A DNA stretch of 33,852 bases from a virus. Lineage: Duplodnaviria > Caudoviricetes. The notes under the pieces were generated by a model. It did not search any database and was not told the origin of the DNA. It was given only the letters and a program-made list of their open reading frames with translations. This document shows, in pieces, positions 1 to 8,284 of this stretch. The stretch is taken from IMG/VR virus record IMGVR_UViG_3300020044_003574, positions 1 through 33,852 of that record; one strand, written 5' to 3'. The first letter of the stretch is position 1. Every line of letters starts with the position of its first letter. A program made the translations under genes and the position numbers.

Positions 1-471
1 TGCTTCCATAGCCCGTAAGGCAGATAGATCATGATTCTTATTCCAGTCTGGCTTGTATTGCTTATCAGCTAATGAACCCAATGCTAAGTCTGCACCTGAA
101 CCAATCGCCCAATAAGGGCTGGCAGTTAGCACACTTAGATTCTCACTAACTAAGAATGCTTTGCCATGTGTAATGAGTAGAGCTTCTGCATCCATCTCAG
201 TATCTTTAATGGTGTCATCTATTAACGGGATTACTTTAGTTACTAACCATTTCAACCATTGATCTGACTTAACTACATCTACTGGTGGTTTGGGGTATTC
301 GATTGAATACTGCAATTGATCGCATACTCTTGCGCTACCAGCTACCCCAATAAGCCATGTATCTTGTTGCACTATCTTTAACATGTCTGGATGTATTAAC
401 TCTGATGTAATGCCTTGATCAGCCGTAAGCGTGGCAAAGTTATTACCAGTCGTTGCAATTATTGTTGTCAT
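1..471 (-). CDS. Proteasome beta-subunit/HslV-like Ntn peptidase, 3'-partial (absent from ORF track)
   Basis: Manual translation from ATG 471 (overlaps upstream TAA): MTTIIATTGNNFATLTADQG...KIVQQDTWLIGVAGSAR...YWAIGSGADLALGSL...; N-terminal Thr, AD, K, AG and AIGSG motifs; frame open to window edge. Confidence 0.8.
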   Translation of the reverse strand, partial: MTTIIATTGNNFATLTADQGITSELIHPDMLKIVQQDTWLIGVAGSARVCDQLQYSIEYPKPPVDVVKSDQWLKWLVTKVIPLIDDTIKDTEMDAEALLITHGKAFLVSENLSVLTASPYWAIGSGADLALGSLADKQYKPDWNKNHDLSALRAMEA

Positions 472-764
472 TACTTTTTGCCGTCTGTTAGATGTATGCC
501 GTATCTTACTAAGTCTGATGCGCTTTGTAATCCAGCTAAGTATTCAAGCGTTATAGATTTATCACCCAGTAGATGATAAGCAACCATAGCTTCTAATTCA
601 GCTTCTAAGACTGATGCAATGGCGTTTCGTGTGATGCCAACGCTCAAGCTCATACGCTTTACTGATGCTTCTAGCTTGTCTATGTCTGCATCTGGCTTGT
701 TCTTCAATGCTGAACGGACAAGATCATTATGAATCGTTACGCCTATCGTGTCTGTCCAGTTCAT
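471..764 (-). CDS. Hypothetical protein, probably leaderless
   Basis: 97-aa ORF coupled to the next gene; TAGACT 6 nt upstream of ATG, no SD. Confidence 0.7.
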   Translation of the reverse strand: MNWTDTIGVTIHNDLVRSALKNKPDADIDKLEASVKRMSLSVGITRNAIASVLEAELEAMVAYHLLGDKSITLEYLAGLQSASDLVRYGIHLTDGKK

Positions 765-776
765 GCGCTAAGTCTA
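765..776 (-). promoter_or_regulatory. Leaderless promoter, -10 TAGACT
   Basis: Minus strand reads TAGACT-tagcgc-ATG(764). Confidence 0.55.
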
Positions 777-986
777 TTAAGATCTAAGACTTGTTTTATC
801 TATTGACACGTTGGCTGCTTGTAAACATTCCCAGTAACTCTCGTGATCTTGTGTATTACAACCAGCGCGGCAAATTGTTTGTTCTATTGGTGTTCTGCAC
901 ATAGGGCAAACCCAAGCATCTTTACCATTCCAAATTATTGCAGAAACTGCACACTCACAATTAAATTTTGCTTTTGTTTTGTTCAT
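777..986 (-). CDS. Small Cys-rich (Zn-binding) protein
   Basis: CEC...CPMC...CRAGC..H...C; start overlaps HNH stop. Confidence 0.7.
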   Translation of the reverse strand: MNKTKAKFNCECAVSAIIWNGKDAWVCPMCRTPIEQTICRAGCNTQDHESYWECLQAANVSIDKTSLRS

Positions 987-1267
987 CAGTCATCCCAACT
1001 ATTCTTTAACCAGCCTTCAGCTTTGCCTTGTGCTGGATTCTGTGTAATAAACGTGTGGCAAGGTCTACACAAAAGCGCAAGATTATCCCTGTCTACAATG
1101 CTTCCACCTCTAGCGCGTGTCTTGATCTCGTGTACGTCTGTTGCATAAGCCACAGCGCAACGCTGGCAAGCTGGAAAGTCCCGTAGCAACTCTTTTACTA
1201 ATGCACGTCTTTGAGTTGCGTACAGGCTCTCCATCTTCTTTGAACGCGGTCTTATTGGCTTAGTCAT
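986..1267 (-). CDS. HNH endonuclease
   Basis: CQRC...DVHEIKTRARGG...NLALLCRPCH. Confidence 0.85.
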   Translation of the reverse strand: MTKPIRPRSKKMESLYATQRRALVKELLRDFPACQRCAVAYATDVHEIKTRARGGSIVDRDNLALLCRPCHTFITQNPAQGKAEGWLKNSWDD

Positions 1268-1517
1268 TGAAAGATAGATCTCTAACTATGCCAATGCAAT
1301 GTTGCTTCATAACTTGCATAGCAACATGAAGCGCAGGTTCTTGGTCAGTTATCTTAATAGCTTCTAGAGCTTCAATGATCGTATCTCTGTAAGCCAGCAA
1401 ACTCTTATTACGGTAACAACTAGGGCATAAGGCATACTCTCGTTGTAACTCGTAGACATGCCACCAGCCATCCGTTTGATTGGATGACCGGTGGCACTTG
1501 TGACATTTACTTTTCAT
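1260..1517 (-). CDS. Small Zn-finger protein
   Basis: CHKC...CPSC; overlaps neighbours. Confidence 0.65.
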   Translation of the reverse strand: MKSKCHKCHRSSNQTDGWWHVYELQREYALCPSCYRNKSLLAYRDTIIEALEAIKITDQEPALHVAMQVMKQHCIGIVRDLSFND

Positions 1518-1716
1518 CTGTGAACGGCTTAGTTAGTTTGTCTGTGTATGCATACTCACGATCTAAAGCTGCGAAGATTGGCTCTAATGAGTCACCTTCT
1601 TGCATTAGTTCTACAAATTGCATCTTGTTGTGGTGCATAGCTAACCGATAGCCGGCTAGAAATACCAAGATAGTCGTTGATACTACTGAAAGAACTAGGG
1701 CAATGATCATAACCAA
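1507..1716 (-). CDS. Small membrane protein
   Basis: N-terminal hydrophobic helix followed by GYR. Confidence 0.65.
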   Translation of the reverse strand: MVMIIALVLSVVSTTILVFLAGYRLAMHHNKMQFVELMQEGDSLEPIFAALDREYAYTDKLTKPFTDEK

Positions 1717-2081
1717 GGGTCACTTTCTGGTGATACTTCTTTAGCTTTGTTTGCTTTGACTACTGCTGCTATTTCATCCGCAGTAATTTCTACGGCTGTA
1801 CGTTCCACGCCGTTCTTATCTTCATACTTTGATACACGAACTTTGCCAACAACAAGAATTGACTGACCCTTCTTGAAGGCATCAGCAGCTGCTTCAGCTA
1901 AGCCACGCCATAGAACAATGTCGAAGTAGCTTGTATCCCCGTCTGACCATGTTCCGTTGTCCGCTTTCTTTCGTTCGTTACACGCAATACGCAACTTACA
2001 ACGGCTAATGCCTGATGCTGTTACTACAAAATCTGGTTCAAAGACCAAATTGCCTTGCGCTGTAATTGTTGGTAGTGCCAT
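1707..2081 (-). CDS. ssb: Single-stranded DNA-binding protein, actinobacterial type
   Basis: ITAQGNL..EP...W.DGDTSYFDIVLWRGLAE...KKG..ILVVGK...YEDKNG..R...EI.ADEI; acidic DPWL tail. Confidence 0.95.
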   Translation of the reverse strand: MALPTITAQGNLVFEPDFVVTASGISRCKLRIACNERKKADNGTWSDGDTSYFDIVLWRGLAEAAADAFKKGQSILVVGKVRVSKYEDKNGVERTAVEITADEIAAVVKANKAKEVSPESDPWL

Positions 2082-2413
2082 TATCTTGCTCCTGCTTCTC
2101 TTTGTCGCTCACGATATGTGCGCGAATTCTTAGCTTGATTTGTTTCGCCTTCTAACTTGCGTTTGTATTCTTCATCTATCCTTACGGGCGTGATCTTAAA
2201 GAACCTGCGTAGCTCTACACGCTTTGTTTCTGTCGTACCTGCCCAATAGCCATTCACCTTAACTTTTAACGCATAATCAAGGCAATCATCAAAGACCCTG
2301 CAACTCATGCAGATACGTCTAAGAGTTGATTCAGTTGTTGGTGCTATTGCTCCAGTTGGAAAAAACAACTCTGGGTCTACGCCTAAACAGTTTGCTTGTG
2401 CAGTATCAAACAT
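2081..2413 (-). CDS. whiB: WhiB-family Fe-S transcription factor (start revised to ATG 2413)
   Basis: ANCLGVDPELFFP...ICMSCRVFDDCLDYAL...GYWAGTTE..R; four Cys. Confidence 0.92.
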   Translation of the reverse strand: MFDTAQANCLGVDPELFFPTGAIAPTTESTLRRICMSCRVFDDCLDYALKVKVNGYWAGTTETKRVELRRFFKITPVRIDEEYKRKLEGETNQAKNSRTYRERQREAGAR

Positions 2414-2801
2414 TTTCAACCTCAGTTGCAATCACTTGACAGCCAATTTTGTCTGATGAGTATTCTTTTGAAGCACTAACTGCAATTACTAAGGCATCAT
2501 CTGTATAAAGACCACCAGTAGTAAGCCCGTCAAACGTGCTACGAATTAACTTATCCAGATCAGGCTTAACACTTGGCCATTTTCTCGTGACACTTTTAGG
2601 TTTAGGCAAATAAAACACTAGAGCAATCTCAACTGGTTCAGTCATTGTGCAAGCAACGTTCTTAACAGTTTCTGCAACAACAGCTTCTCGCCAAGGCTTG
2701 ACTTTTTTACTTGCTTCGATCATTACAACGCGACCATTCTTAACAAAGCCAGTCTTAGAGCCTTGTGGAGCTGGTACGCCCTCGATAAAGAAGCTAATCA
2801 T
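2406..2801 (-). CDS. rusA: RusA-like Holliday junction resolvase (start revised to 2801)
   Basis: G.PAPQGSK...KPDLDKLIRSTFDGLT...DDALV. Confidence 0.92.
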   Translation of the reverse strand: MISFFIEGVPAPQGSKTGFVKNGRVVMIEASKKVKPWREAVVAETVKNVACTMTEPVEIALVFYLPKPKSVTRKWPSVKPDLDKLIRSTFDGLTTGGLYTDDALVIAVSASKEYSSDKIGCQVIATEVENV

Positions 2802-3121
2802 GCGCCAATCCAAATTGCTAGAACTGCGCCATGTGATTCTTTACGCTTTGCTTTGCCATAACCAACTTTACGAATCCAACCAGCACGAGCTGCTTTATTC
2901 ATAATTGCCCCTGATGCGTTGTTTTTATGTTGTCCAACTCCACCAGACGGCAAGCCAGTAATTGCCAAAACATCTTCGCTAGTGAATTCAATGCCTTGCT
3001 TTGCCAGTTGCAAAATTGCTATTAGAGCTTGATCAGCCCAATCTGGTTGAGCATCTAAAGCTAATTGCATTCCATGAAAGCCGTTGCTGATAGCTGCGCT
3101 GTTATAGCTTGCGTTACTCAT
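2798..3121 (-). CDS. Hypothetical protein, possible winged helix (start revised to 3121)
   Basis: ATG overlaps upstream stop; FTSEDV...NASGAIMNKAARAGWI...W pattern. Confidence 0.65.
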   Translation of the reverse strand: MSNASYNSAAISNGFHGMQLALDAQPDWADQALIAILQLAKQGIEFTSEDVLAITGLPSGGVGQHKNNASGAIMNKAARAGWIRKVGYGKAKRKESHGAVLAIWIGA

Positions 3122-3263
3122 CTTCGACCACCAAACGCAACTGCGATACAAGTTCTTCATGCTGTTCTTGTATCTGACGTGGTAAAGATTGAGCAAAAGC
3201 CATTACTAACATTCCAAAGAATCCACCAAGTAAAAATAAGACTGCTCCAAGTATGAATGTCAT
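3114..3263 (-). CDS. Small membrane protein, 49 aa (absent from ORF track)
   Basis: MTFILGAVLFLLGGFFGMLVMAFAQSLPRQ...VVEDE*; ATGA coupling to upstream gene. Confidence 0.7.
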   Translation of the reverse strand: MTFILGAVLFLLGGFFGMLVMAFAQSLPRQIQEQHEELVSQLRLVVEDE

Positions 3264-3823
3264 GCGCCTAACTCAACTTTCTTATTGTCAAAGATAAGTC
3301 GTAAACTACGCTTTTCTGATTCTGTAAACTCGCCTGATTGAATTAGTGGTACGACTTCGCTTAGTTCTACAAGTGAACCAGCATTGTTTATGCGTTCAAT
3401 CATTTTTGCAGTAGCTGTGCTAATTTCTTTCGTTGCTTTAGGTGCTGGCTTTGTTTCTGCCGGCGCTTCTTTAGCCCATAGATCAAGAGCTACACCAAAG
3501 CGCATAGCTGCGTTCCTGATCGCATTGCCAATTGCGCCCTTAGTCTGATCAAACTTGTCACGCCCTTGAGGTTCACCGTAGCCGTATCGAGTGACACCGC
3601 AAACACTTAGTTCAATCCATAGACCGCCGTTTGAATCAAAAGCTGGTAGACCGGCTTCTGTAAACGCTAACGGCTTCCAAGTCCATAACGGGTCTACTTG
3701 TAGCAAGCGATCAGTTACCCAAGCGTGGCTAACATAGTCAAGCTGTAAACCGCCAGTTGGTAACTTCTGAATCTGCTCTTTAGCAAACGGTGCGCGTAAC
3801 GCATCTTGTTGTTCTTGTTTCAT
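3260..3823 (-). CDS. Rad52/22-family (Sak-like) single-strand annealing recombinase
   Basis: LRAPF...LDYVSHAWVTDRL..VDP.W.W...KGAIGNAIRNAAMRFGVALDLW. Confidence 0.85.
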   Translation of the reverse strand: MKQEQQDALRAPFAKEQIQKLPTGGLQLDYVSHAWVTDRLLQVDPLWTWKPLAFTEAGLPAFDSNGGLWIELSVCGVTRYGYGEPQGRDKFDQTKGAIGNAIRNAAMRFGVALDLWAKEAPAETKPAPKATKEISTATAKMIERINNAGSLVELSEVVPLIQSGEFTESEKRSLRLIFDNKKVELGA

Positions 3824-4041
3824 GCTTTGTCCTTTTCATTTTGTATGTTCTTAATCTTGCGGCGCAAGTCTATTGCTTCTTGCTTGTTCAACTTTGTTGT
3901 ATCGAATGGCTTACCAAGTAGAGCTGACAAAAACTCGACTTGATGCGCTGGATGCGTAATGCCTAAGTATTCAAGCATCTTGCGTATCTTGTGTTTATCG
4001 TCAAGAGTTGCACGTTCCATTGAGTACGGTACAAAGCTCAT
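3820..4041 (-). CDS. Hypothetical protein
   Basis: 73 aa, coupled at both ends. Confidence 0.65.
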   Translation of the reverse strand: MSFVPYSMERATLDDKHKIRKMLEYLGITHPAHQVEFLSALLGKPFDTTKLNKQEAIDLRRKIKNIQNEKDKA

Positions 4042-4163
4042 TAGTTACCCCCTAGTGCAAACCATGTGCCGACAAATAAAACCCATCCAGCTGCAACTAC
4101 TGTTATTGCTGTTAGTAATTCGCCAATAAATCTTGCTCTTGGTGTCCAGTTCCAGTTACGCAT
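4041..4163 (-). CDS. Small membrane protein, 40 aa (absent from ORF track)
   Basis: MRNWNWTPRARFIGELLTAITVVAAGWVLFVGTWFALGGN*; fills the gap; TAATG coupling. Confidence 0.65.
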   Translation of the reverse strand: MRNWNWTPRARFIGELLTAITVVAAGWVLFVGTWFALGGN

Positions 4164-4371
4164 TCTGTAACTCCATTTCTAAAACGTATTTGAACGCATA
4201 CTCTTTTGCTTGCGCGTAGCTGTTAGCATAAGCAACAGTTTCAATTTGAGCTTCATCAAAGATGTACCAGCAACAACGGCATTCATTCTGTCGCGCCCAT
4301 AAAACATTAGTTCCAGCTACGCGATAGCCACCGATTGAATCTTTAACTGCCTTTAGCTTTGTGTTAGTCAT
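4156..4371 (-). CDS. Hypothetical protein, cassette C gene 3 (start revised to 4371)
   Basis: MTNTKLKAV...CRCCW; overlaps upstream stop. Confidence 0.65.
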   Translation of the reverse strand: MTNTKLKAVKDSIGGYRVAGTNVLWARQNECRCCWYIFDEAQIETVAYANSYAQAKEYAFKYVLEMELQNA

Positions 4372-4609
4372 TAGGGATGTCCACCACCTTGCAAAATTCG
4401 TCATACGGCATTTTGCTGATCATTGCTTTTGTAATCCAACCGCGTACTCTGATTAGTGCATCCCATTCAGCGAGCATTTTGTCATTGCGTGGCATGTTCT
4501 TGAGCTGGTCAATTCTTCTTTCACTATCGTTCCAAACCAGAATAAGTTCAGCTGCGGTCTTGTTTGCAAGCATTTGTTCAACGCTGTTGTAAGTAGTTAC
4601 TGTAACCAT
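4364..4609 (-). CDS. Hypothetical protein, cassette C gene 2
   Basis: 81 aa, starts 2 nt after upstream stop. Confidence 0.65.
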   Translation of the reverse strand: MVTVTTYNSVEQMLANKTAAELILVWNDSERRIDQLKNMPRNDKMLAEWDALIRVRGWITKAMISKMPYDEFCKVVDIPND

Positions 4610-4611
4610 GA

Positions 4612-4911
4612 TTAACCTGCCTGAACCATGATGTAATGTGCGCCAAACTGAACTGGTACGCCGTCAATCTCGCCAATGATGTAGCTTGTTGAATCGGTTG
4701 AACCGTCAAACTTCATGCTTTCAAACTTTGCAGTAATTGCGCTTACGCTTTCAGTTGCAATGCCTGATTCTTTTGGAAATGTAACCCAAATGCTTGCTCC
4801 ACCTGCGTACTTGTCGCAAGTTACTGAGAACTTAACTCCTGCGAATGCAGTCTTTAGTTCTTTACGAATTAGCTTTGCTGTATCTGTGGTGCTTATTGTT
4901 AGTGTTTCCAT
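4612..4911 (-). CDS. LPD29-like protein, cassette C gene 1 (start revised to 4911)
   Basis: TAKLIRKELKTAFAGVKFSVTCDKYAGGASIWV...FDGSTD; AAAGGAAACAAAGCA-ATG leader. Confidence 0.7.
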   Translation of the reverse strand: METLTISTTDTAKLIRKELKTAFAGVKFSVTCDKYAGGASIWVTFPKESGIATESVSAITAKFESMKFDGSTDSTSYIIGEIDGVPVQFGAHYIMVQAG

Positions 4912-5025
4912 TGCTTTGTTTCCTTTGCTTCTCTTAGAGCTTGCGCTCTCTGTTATGTATAACATTACCCGATAGGGCAGACATTTTGTACCATTTAGAG
5001 CAACTTTTTATAACATTTTTATAAC
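4912..5025 (-). promoter_or_regulatory. Cassette C promoter/leader element
   Basis: -10 TAATGT 4962-4967; operator ATGTTATACAT 4955-4965; hairpin AGAGC-GCAA-GCTCT 4936-4949; two direct GTTATAAAAA repeats 5005-5025; no clear -35. Confidence 0.7.
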
Positions 5026-5045
5026 GCGCCGTTCGTACATTTGTT

Positions 5046-5384
5046 CTAATTTAAATAGCCAAAAACCCTTAAGAAACCACGCTTTTCTAGTCTATCTTTG
5101 GGAACTTTGCCAGACTTGATCAGCTTCTGACGTTCGATTGGATCCAATCCGCCCCACATGCCCCATTTCTCATCTAGCCCAATCTCTAGACAGAATCCAA
5201 CAACTGGGCATTCTTCACACAAGCGTTTAGCTATTGCGTACAAGTGCGGTTCTTCATTCTCTGGAAAGCAAGTATCAGGTGGCGCATCTCGACAAGCTGC
5301 AGAATACATCCATGAATCAGGCGCGGTACAGATTAGGCACATGCCCGAATCAAGCCACGCTTCATGATCGCAATCTTTTAACAT
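5046..5384 (-). CDS. whiB: Second WhiB-family transcription factor, with N-terminal CxH..CxxC extension
   Basis: W...AACRD...FP...AKRLCEECPVVGFCLE....EKWGMWGGL...ER. Confidence 0.9.
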   Translation of the reverse strand: MLKDCDHEAWLDSGMCLICTAPDSWMYSAACRDAPPDTCFPENEEPHLYAIAKRLCEECPVVGFCLEIGLDEKWGMWGGLDPIERQKLIKSGKVPKDRLEKRGFLRVFGYLN

Positions 5385-5399
5385 TCAGCCAGTATGGCA
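5385..5399 (-). promoter_or_regulatory. Leaderless extended -10 promoter TGCCATACT
   Basis: TGC-CATACT-ggctga-ATG(5384); no SD. Confidence 0.55.
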
Positions 5400-5411
5400 G
5401 TTGCTTATCTG

Positions 5412-5570
5412 TTAGCGCAATGAGTCACAAATTGAGCAACGAACTTGTTTATGACCAAATGCATTGAATCTAGTCTTATCATCAAACTTCATCCAGCCGT
5501 TCAATGTTTCGCCAACACAGCTACTGCATACAATTTGGTTAGTTATGACATGAACATAAATGCTAACCAT
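5412..5570 (-). CDS. Small Zn-finger protein, 52 aa (absent from ORF track)
   Basis: MVSIYVHVITNQIVCSSC...VRCSICDSLR*. Confidence 0.6.
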   Translation of the reverse strand: MVSIYVHVITNQIVCSSCVGETLNGWMKFDDKTRFNAFGHKQVRCSICDSLR

Positions 5571-6006
5571 TAGCCTTGAGCCACTCTAAAGATGCCTGTT
5601 GCTTAAGAGCTACTTGCTCTAATGTTTCTGGGCTTAGCTCTTTCTTTGGTTCATCTGGAACTTTATAAAAGTTTTCTAGTTGATCTTTAATGTAATCAGG
5701 CATGGGTACGCGCTTTGTTCTAGCATCTTCAATTTCTAGTGATGCTTCTTTGGCATTGTTTGCAAGCTCTTGTAGCTTTCTTTCTTTAACCCATGATGCA
5801 ACAATGTGAACAGGCATAAACACTTCACTTGAATTCCTGTAATGATCTTGAGCGCATTTAGCTGCAAACTCGTATGGTATTTTTGTACCTACAATTGCAA
5901 GCCAAGCCATTGCCATAAGTTCTTTCTCTTGATCATCACGCCTTGAAATTCTTGCATCTATTAAACTGATCGTTCCAAGTAGTCGCGCCATTTCTGATGC
6001 GTTCAT
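5563..6006 (-). CDS. Putative helicase loader/inhibitor (G39P-like)
   Basis: Follows the initiator; AW...IPYEFA..CAQDHY....FMPVHI pattern. Confidence 0.6.
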   Translation of the reverse strand: MNASEMARLLGTISLIDARISRRDDQEKELMAMAWLAIVGTKIPYEFAAKCAQDHYRNSSEVFMPVHIVASWVKERKLQELANNAKEASLEIEDARTKRVPMPDYIKDQLENFYKVPDEPKKELSPETLEQVALKQQASLEWLKANG

Positions 6007-6743
6007 TCGCCTAGCTCCTTTGGTTGGTTAGAAAGTCTGTTGATTACGTTTGCCCAACCTGATAGCGAACCTGACGTGCTTTTCATTTTCAATTGCAATG
6101 CGCCAAACTGTTTACGCAACTTCATTGGGCTTAACACGTTAGATCGCCAGAAACTATCAGCTTGAACGAATCTAATAACACTTTCAATTTGTTCATAGCT
6201 ATAACCATCTAGCCGGTGTAGACGTTCAATGTCTTTGTGCCAGTTAGCAGTTACAGCTGGTCGTTTGATTCCATTAGCTTCAATCAAGTCTGCTAAAAGA
6301 TTTGAAAGTTTCACTATCTCGTCACCGTAGGTGCGAGTAGTTCTTTCTTCTTCATAGTCTTTAGTAGATAGTTCTTCTAATAGAGTCGGGTTATCCGACG
6401 TCGGACTATCCGAGATCGGTTCAACCGACATCGGAAAACCTGACTTCGGTTGTGGCTTGTCATAAATCGTACTTTCTGTCTGCCAATGACCCTTCTCATT
6501 TTGATACTTTCTGCGTACTAGATACCCAGCAAGCTCTAACTCTTTTAAAGCTGTCAGAATCGCTGTACGCCCATCCTTAGACTCTCTGGCTAGCGTGTCT
6601 GCATCAGTACGCCAATTGTCAGGTCTACTAAGTATGTTCGCAAGAATTCCACGCGCTCTAAAAGACAAATTATTATCTCTAAGAACTGTATTACAAATGA
6701 TCGTAAAGTTGCTTTGTGGGCGCGGAGCGCGTTTTATGCTCAT
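6003..6743 (-). CDS. Replication initiator protein (N-terminal wHTH)
   Basis: NFTII.N..LRD.NLSFRARG.L..ILSRPD.W...ALKELELAGYL; C-terminal D.FW..N.LS..KLRKQF; iterons in linker. Confidence 0.85.
   Translation of the reverse strand: MSIKRAPRPQSNFTIICNTVLRDNNLSFRARGILANILSRPDNWRTDADTLARESKDGRTAILTALKELELAGYLVRRKYQNEKGHWQTESTIYDKPQPKSGFPMSVEPISDSPTSDNPTLLEELSTKDYEEERTTRTYGDEIVKLSNLLADLIEANGIKRPAVTANWHKDIERLHRLDGYSYEQIESVIRFVQADSFWRSNVLSPMKLRKQFGALQLKMKSTSGSLSGWANVINRLSNQPKELGE
6386..6450. repeat. Four tandem 15-bp palindromic iterons (TCGG-N5-CCGA-N2); probable origin
   Basis: tcgggttatccgacg / tcggactatccgaga / tcggttcaaccgaca / tcggaaaacctgact / tcggt. Confidence 0.75.
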
Positions 6744-7045
6744 AGATTCTCTTGGAACTCGACTTTAGACCACTTCAAGCGCAATGCATCTACAACAGCT
6801 TGACGTTCCAGCTCAGGCAAGTTAGCAATTTCATCAAGGCTGACTTCTACCATTTCTGAACCGCATAGAAATTCAAGAACAGCAACCATAACTAATTGAT
6901 CTGCATCAAATTCTGGATGATCTATATTGTCTACAACTTCCCAAACTTTAGCCCAATCAACCGGCGTTACTGCATCATGATTTTGAAACAGTTTGTGTTC
7001 TGCCATCCAAGTTGTTTGCACTAATTGTTCGCTTGGTGTTTTCAT
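6740..7045 (-). CDS. Hypothetical acidic protein (start revised to 7045)
   Basis: SD AGGAG then ATG in ATGA overlap with the RHH gene stop. Confidence 0.7.
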   Translation of the reverse strand: MKTPSEQLVQTTWMAEHKLFQNHDAVTPVDWAKVWEVVDNIDHPEFDADQLVMVAVLEFLCGSEMVEVSLDEIANLPELERQAVVDALRLKWSKVEFQENL

Positions 7046-7200
7046 TGTTTTGCTCCTGTCATTAGCTCTATTGCTGATCTGATCACTTGACTTACATTGG
7101 CGTTGTGTTGGTGCGCCCATTGCTTAACGGCAAGCATCTGCTCATTGTTAAGTCGTAGCGCGATCATGTTTTCTTTATTTTCTTTCTGTTCGTCAGCCAT
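7042..7200 (-). CDS. Ribbon-helix-helix (CopG/Arc-like) DNA-binding protein, 52 aa (absent from ORF track)
   Basis: MADEQKENKENMIALRLNNEQMLAVKQWAHQHNANVSQVIRSAIELMTGAKQ*; IALRL strand, helix, then SQVIRSAI helix; AAGGAG SD. Confidence 0.8.
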   Translation of the reverse strand: MADEQKENKENMIALRLNNEQMLAVKQWAHQHNANVSQVIRSAIELMTGAKQ

Positions 7201-8284
7201 TAGCCAACTCCTTTTCTATTTCGTTTAGTAACGGTGCATCATTGTAAATGCGGTTAAAAGCTATTTCTGCATAGTCTGGATTCAATTCAGTTCCTACAAA
7301 GTTTCTATTATGTCTAAGCGCAACCATTGCAACAGTTCCAGAACCAGTAAATGGGTCTAGCACCGTATCGCCAGCTGCTGAACCTGCAAAAATACATGGC
7401 TCAACTAGAGCTTCAGGCATTACGGCAAAGTGTGCGCCCTTATAAGGCTTTGTTGCAACTGTCCAAACGTCACGCTTGTTTCTTGTTTCGTATGACTTAA
7501 TTAAACCTGTATGCGGTGTCAATCCAGAGCCTAGGTTGTGGTACTTGCCTTCTGTTCTATCGCGTGTTCCCCAGTCTTGAGCTGGCTCTTTAACAGCTTC
7601 ATGATCATAGAAATACTGACGTGACTTTGACAATAGAAAGACGTACTCGTGTGACTTAGTGCATCTGTCTGTAACTGATTCAGGCATTGGGTTTGGCTTA
7701 GCCCAAATAATGTCTTGCCTTAAATACCAACCGTCAGCTTGTAACGCAAAAGCTAAACGCCAAGGAATGCCAACCAAGTCTTTAGGCTTTAAGCCATCAG
7801 GCACAATAGCTGAATGCTTGTGTTCCATGTGTCGTTCATTATGTGTTGCGCCCAAGTTACCTGCCGGACCTTTGCCAGAACCTGCGTAGCTATCACCAAT
7901 GTTTAACCAGAGAGTTCCATCATCTTTAAGAACGCGCCAGACTTCTCTAAAGACTTCAACCATTTGATCTACATACTGTTGCGGTGTTTCTTCAAGCCCC
8001 AGCTGCTCATCTTCACGAGTTGCCCCACAGCGTTCACAAATGGTTTTGTAAATTGCATCACCGATACCGCCAATGGCAGGATTCTTGTGACCAGTAATTG
8101 TTTTGTCTGAATACTTGCTATCTCTTTTATGACTGCATTGAGTATCACCACCCATCCAGCTACCTGTGCCGTAATCACGCAAGCCCCAGTATGGCGGTGA
8201 CGTGATGCACGTTTGAACTGACTTATCTGGGATTGACTGCATTGCAGTTCTTACATCACCAATAATTATTTTTGCTTTACTCAT
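7193..8284 (-). CDS. DNA methyltransferase, N4/N6 beta class
   Basis: TSPPY, WLNIGDSY, IIWAKPNPMPES, HFAVMP, VLDPFTGSGT; CSH...CERC insertion. Confidence 0.95.
   Translation of the reverse strand: MSKAKIIIGDVRTAMQSIPDKSVQTCITSPPYWGLRDYGTGSWMGGDTQCSHKRDSKYSDKTITGHKNPAIGGIGDAIYKTICERCGATREDEQLGLEETPQQYVDQMVEVFREVWRVLKDDGTLWLNIGDSYAGSGKGPAGNLGATHNERHMEHKHSAIVPDGLKPKDLVGIPWRLAFALQADGWYLRQDIIWAKPNPMPESVTDRCTKSHEYVFLLSKSRQYFYDHEAVKEPAQDWGTRDRTEGKYHNLGSGLTPHTGLIKSYETRNKRDVWTVATKPYKGAHFAVMPEALVEPCIFAGSAAGDTVLDPFTGSGTVAMVALRHNRNFVGTELNPDYAEIAFNRIYNDAPLLNEIEKELANG

Noticed and set aside
4912-4965. N-terminal extension of ORF 4612-4965 (likewise 19897-19950 and 25368-25451)
   Set aside because: Extensions cover promoter, leader or terminator elements; downstream ATGs have proper SDs
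6386-6450. Mini CRISPR array
   Set aside because: Contiguous 15-bp units without spacers, inside a CDS, no cas genes
7046-7120. N-terminal extension of ORF 6740-7120
   Set aside because: Region belongs to the RHH gene in another frame; SD supports a start at 7045
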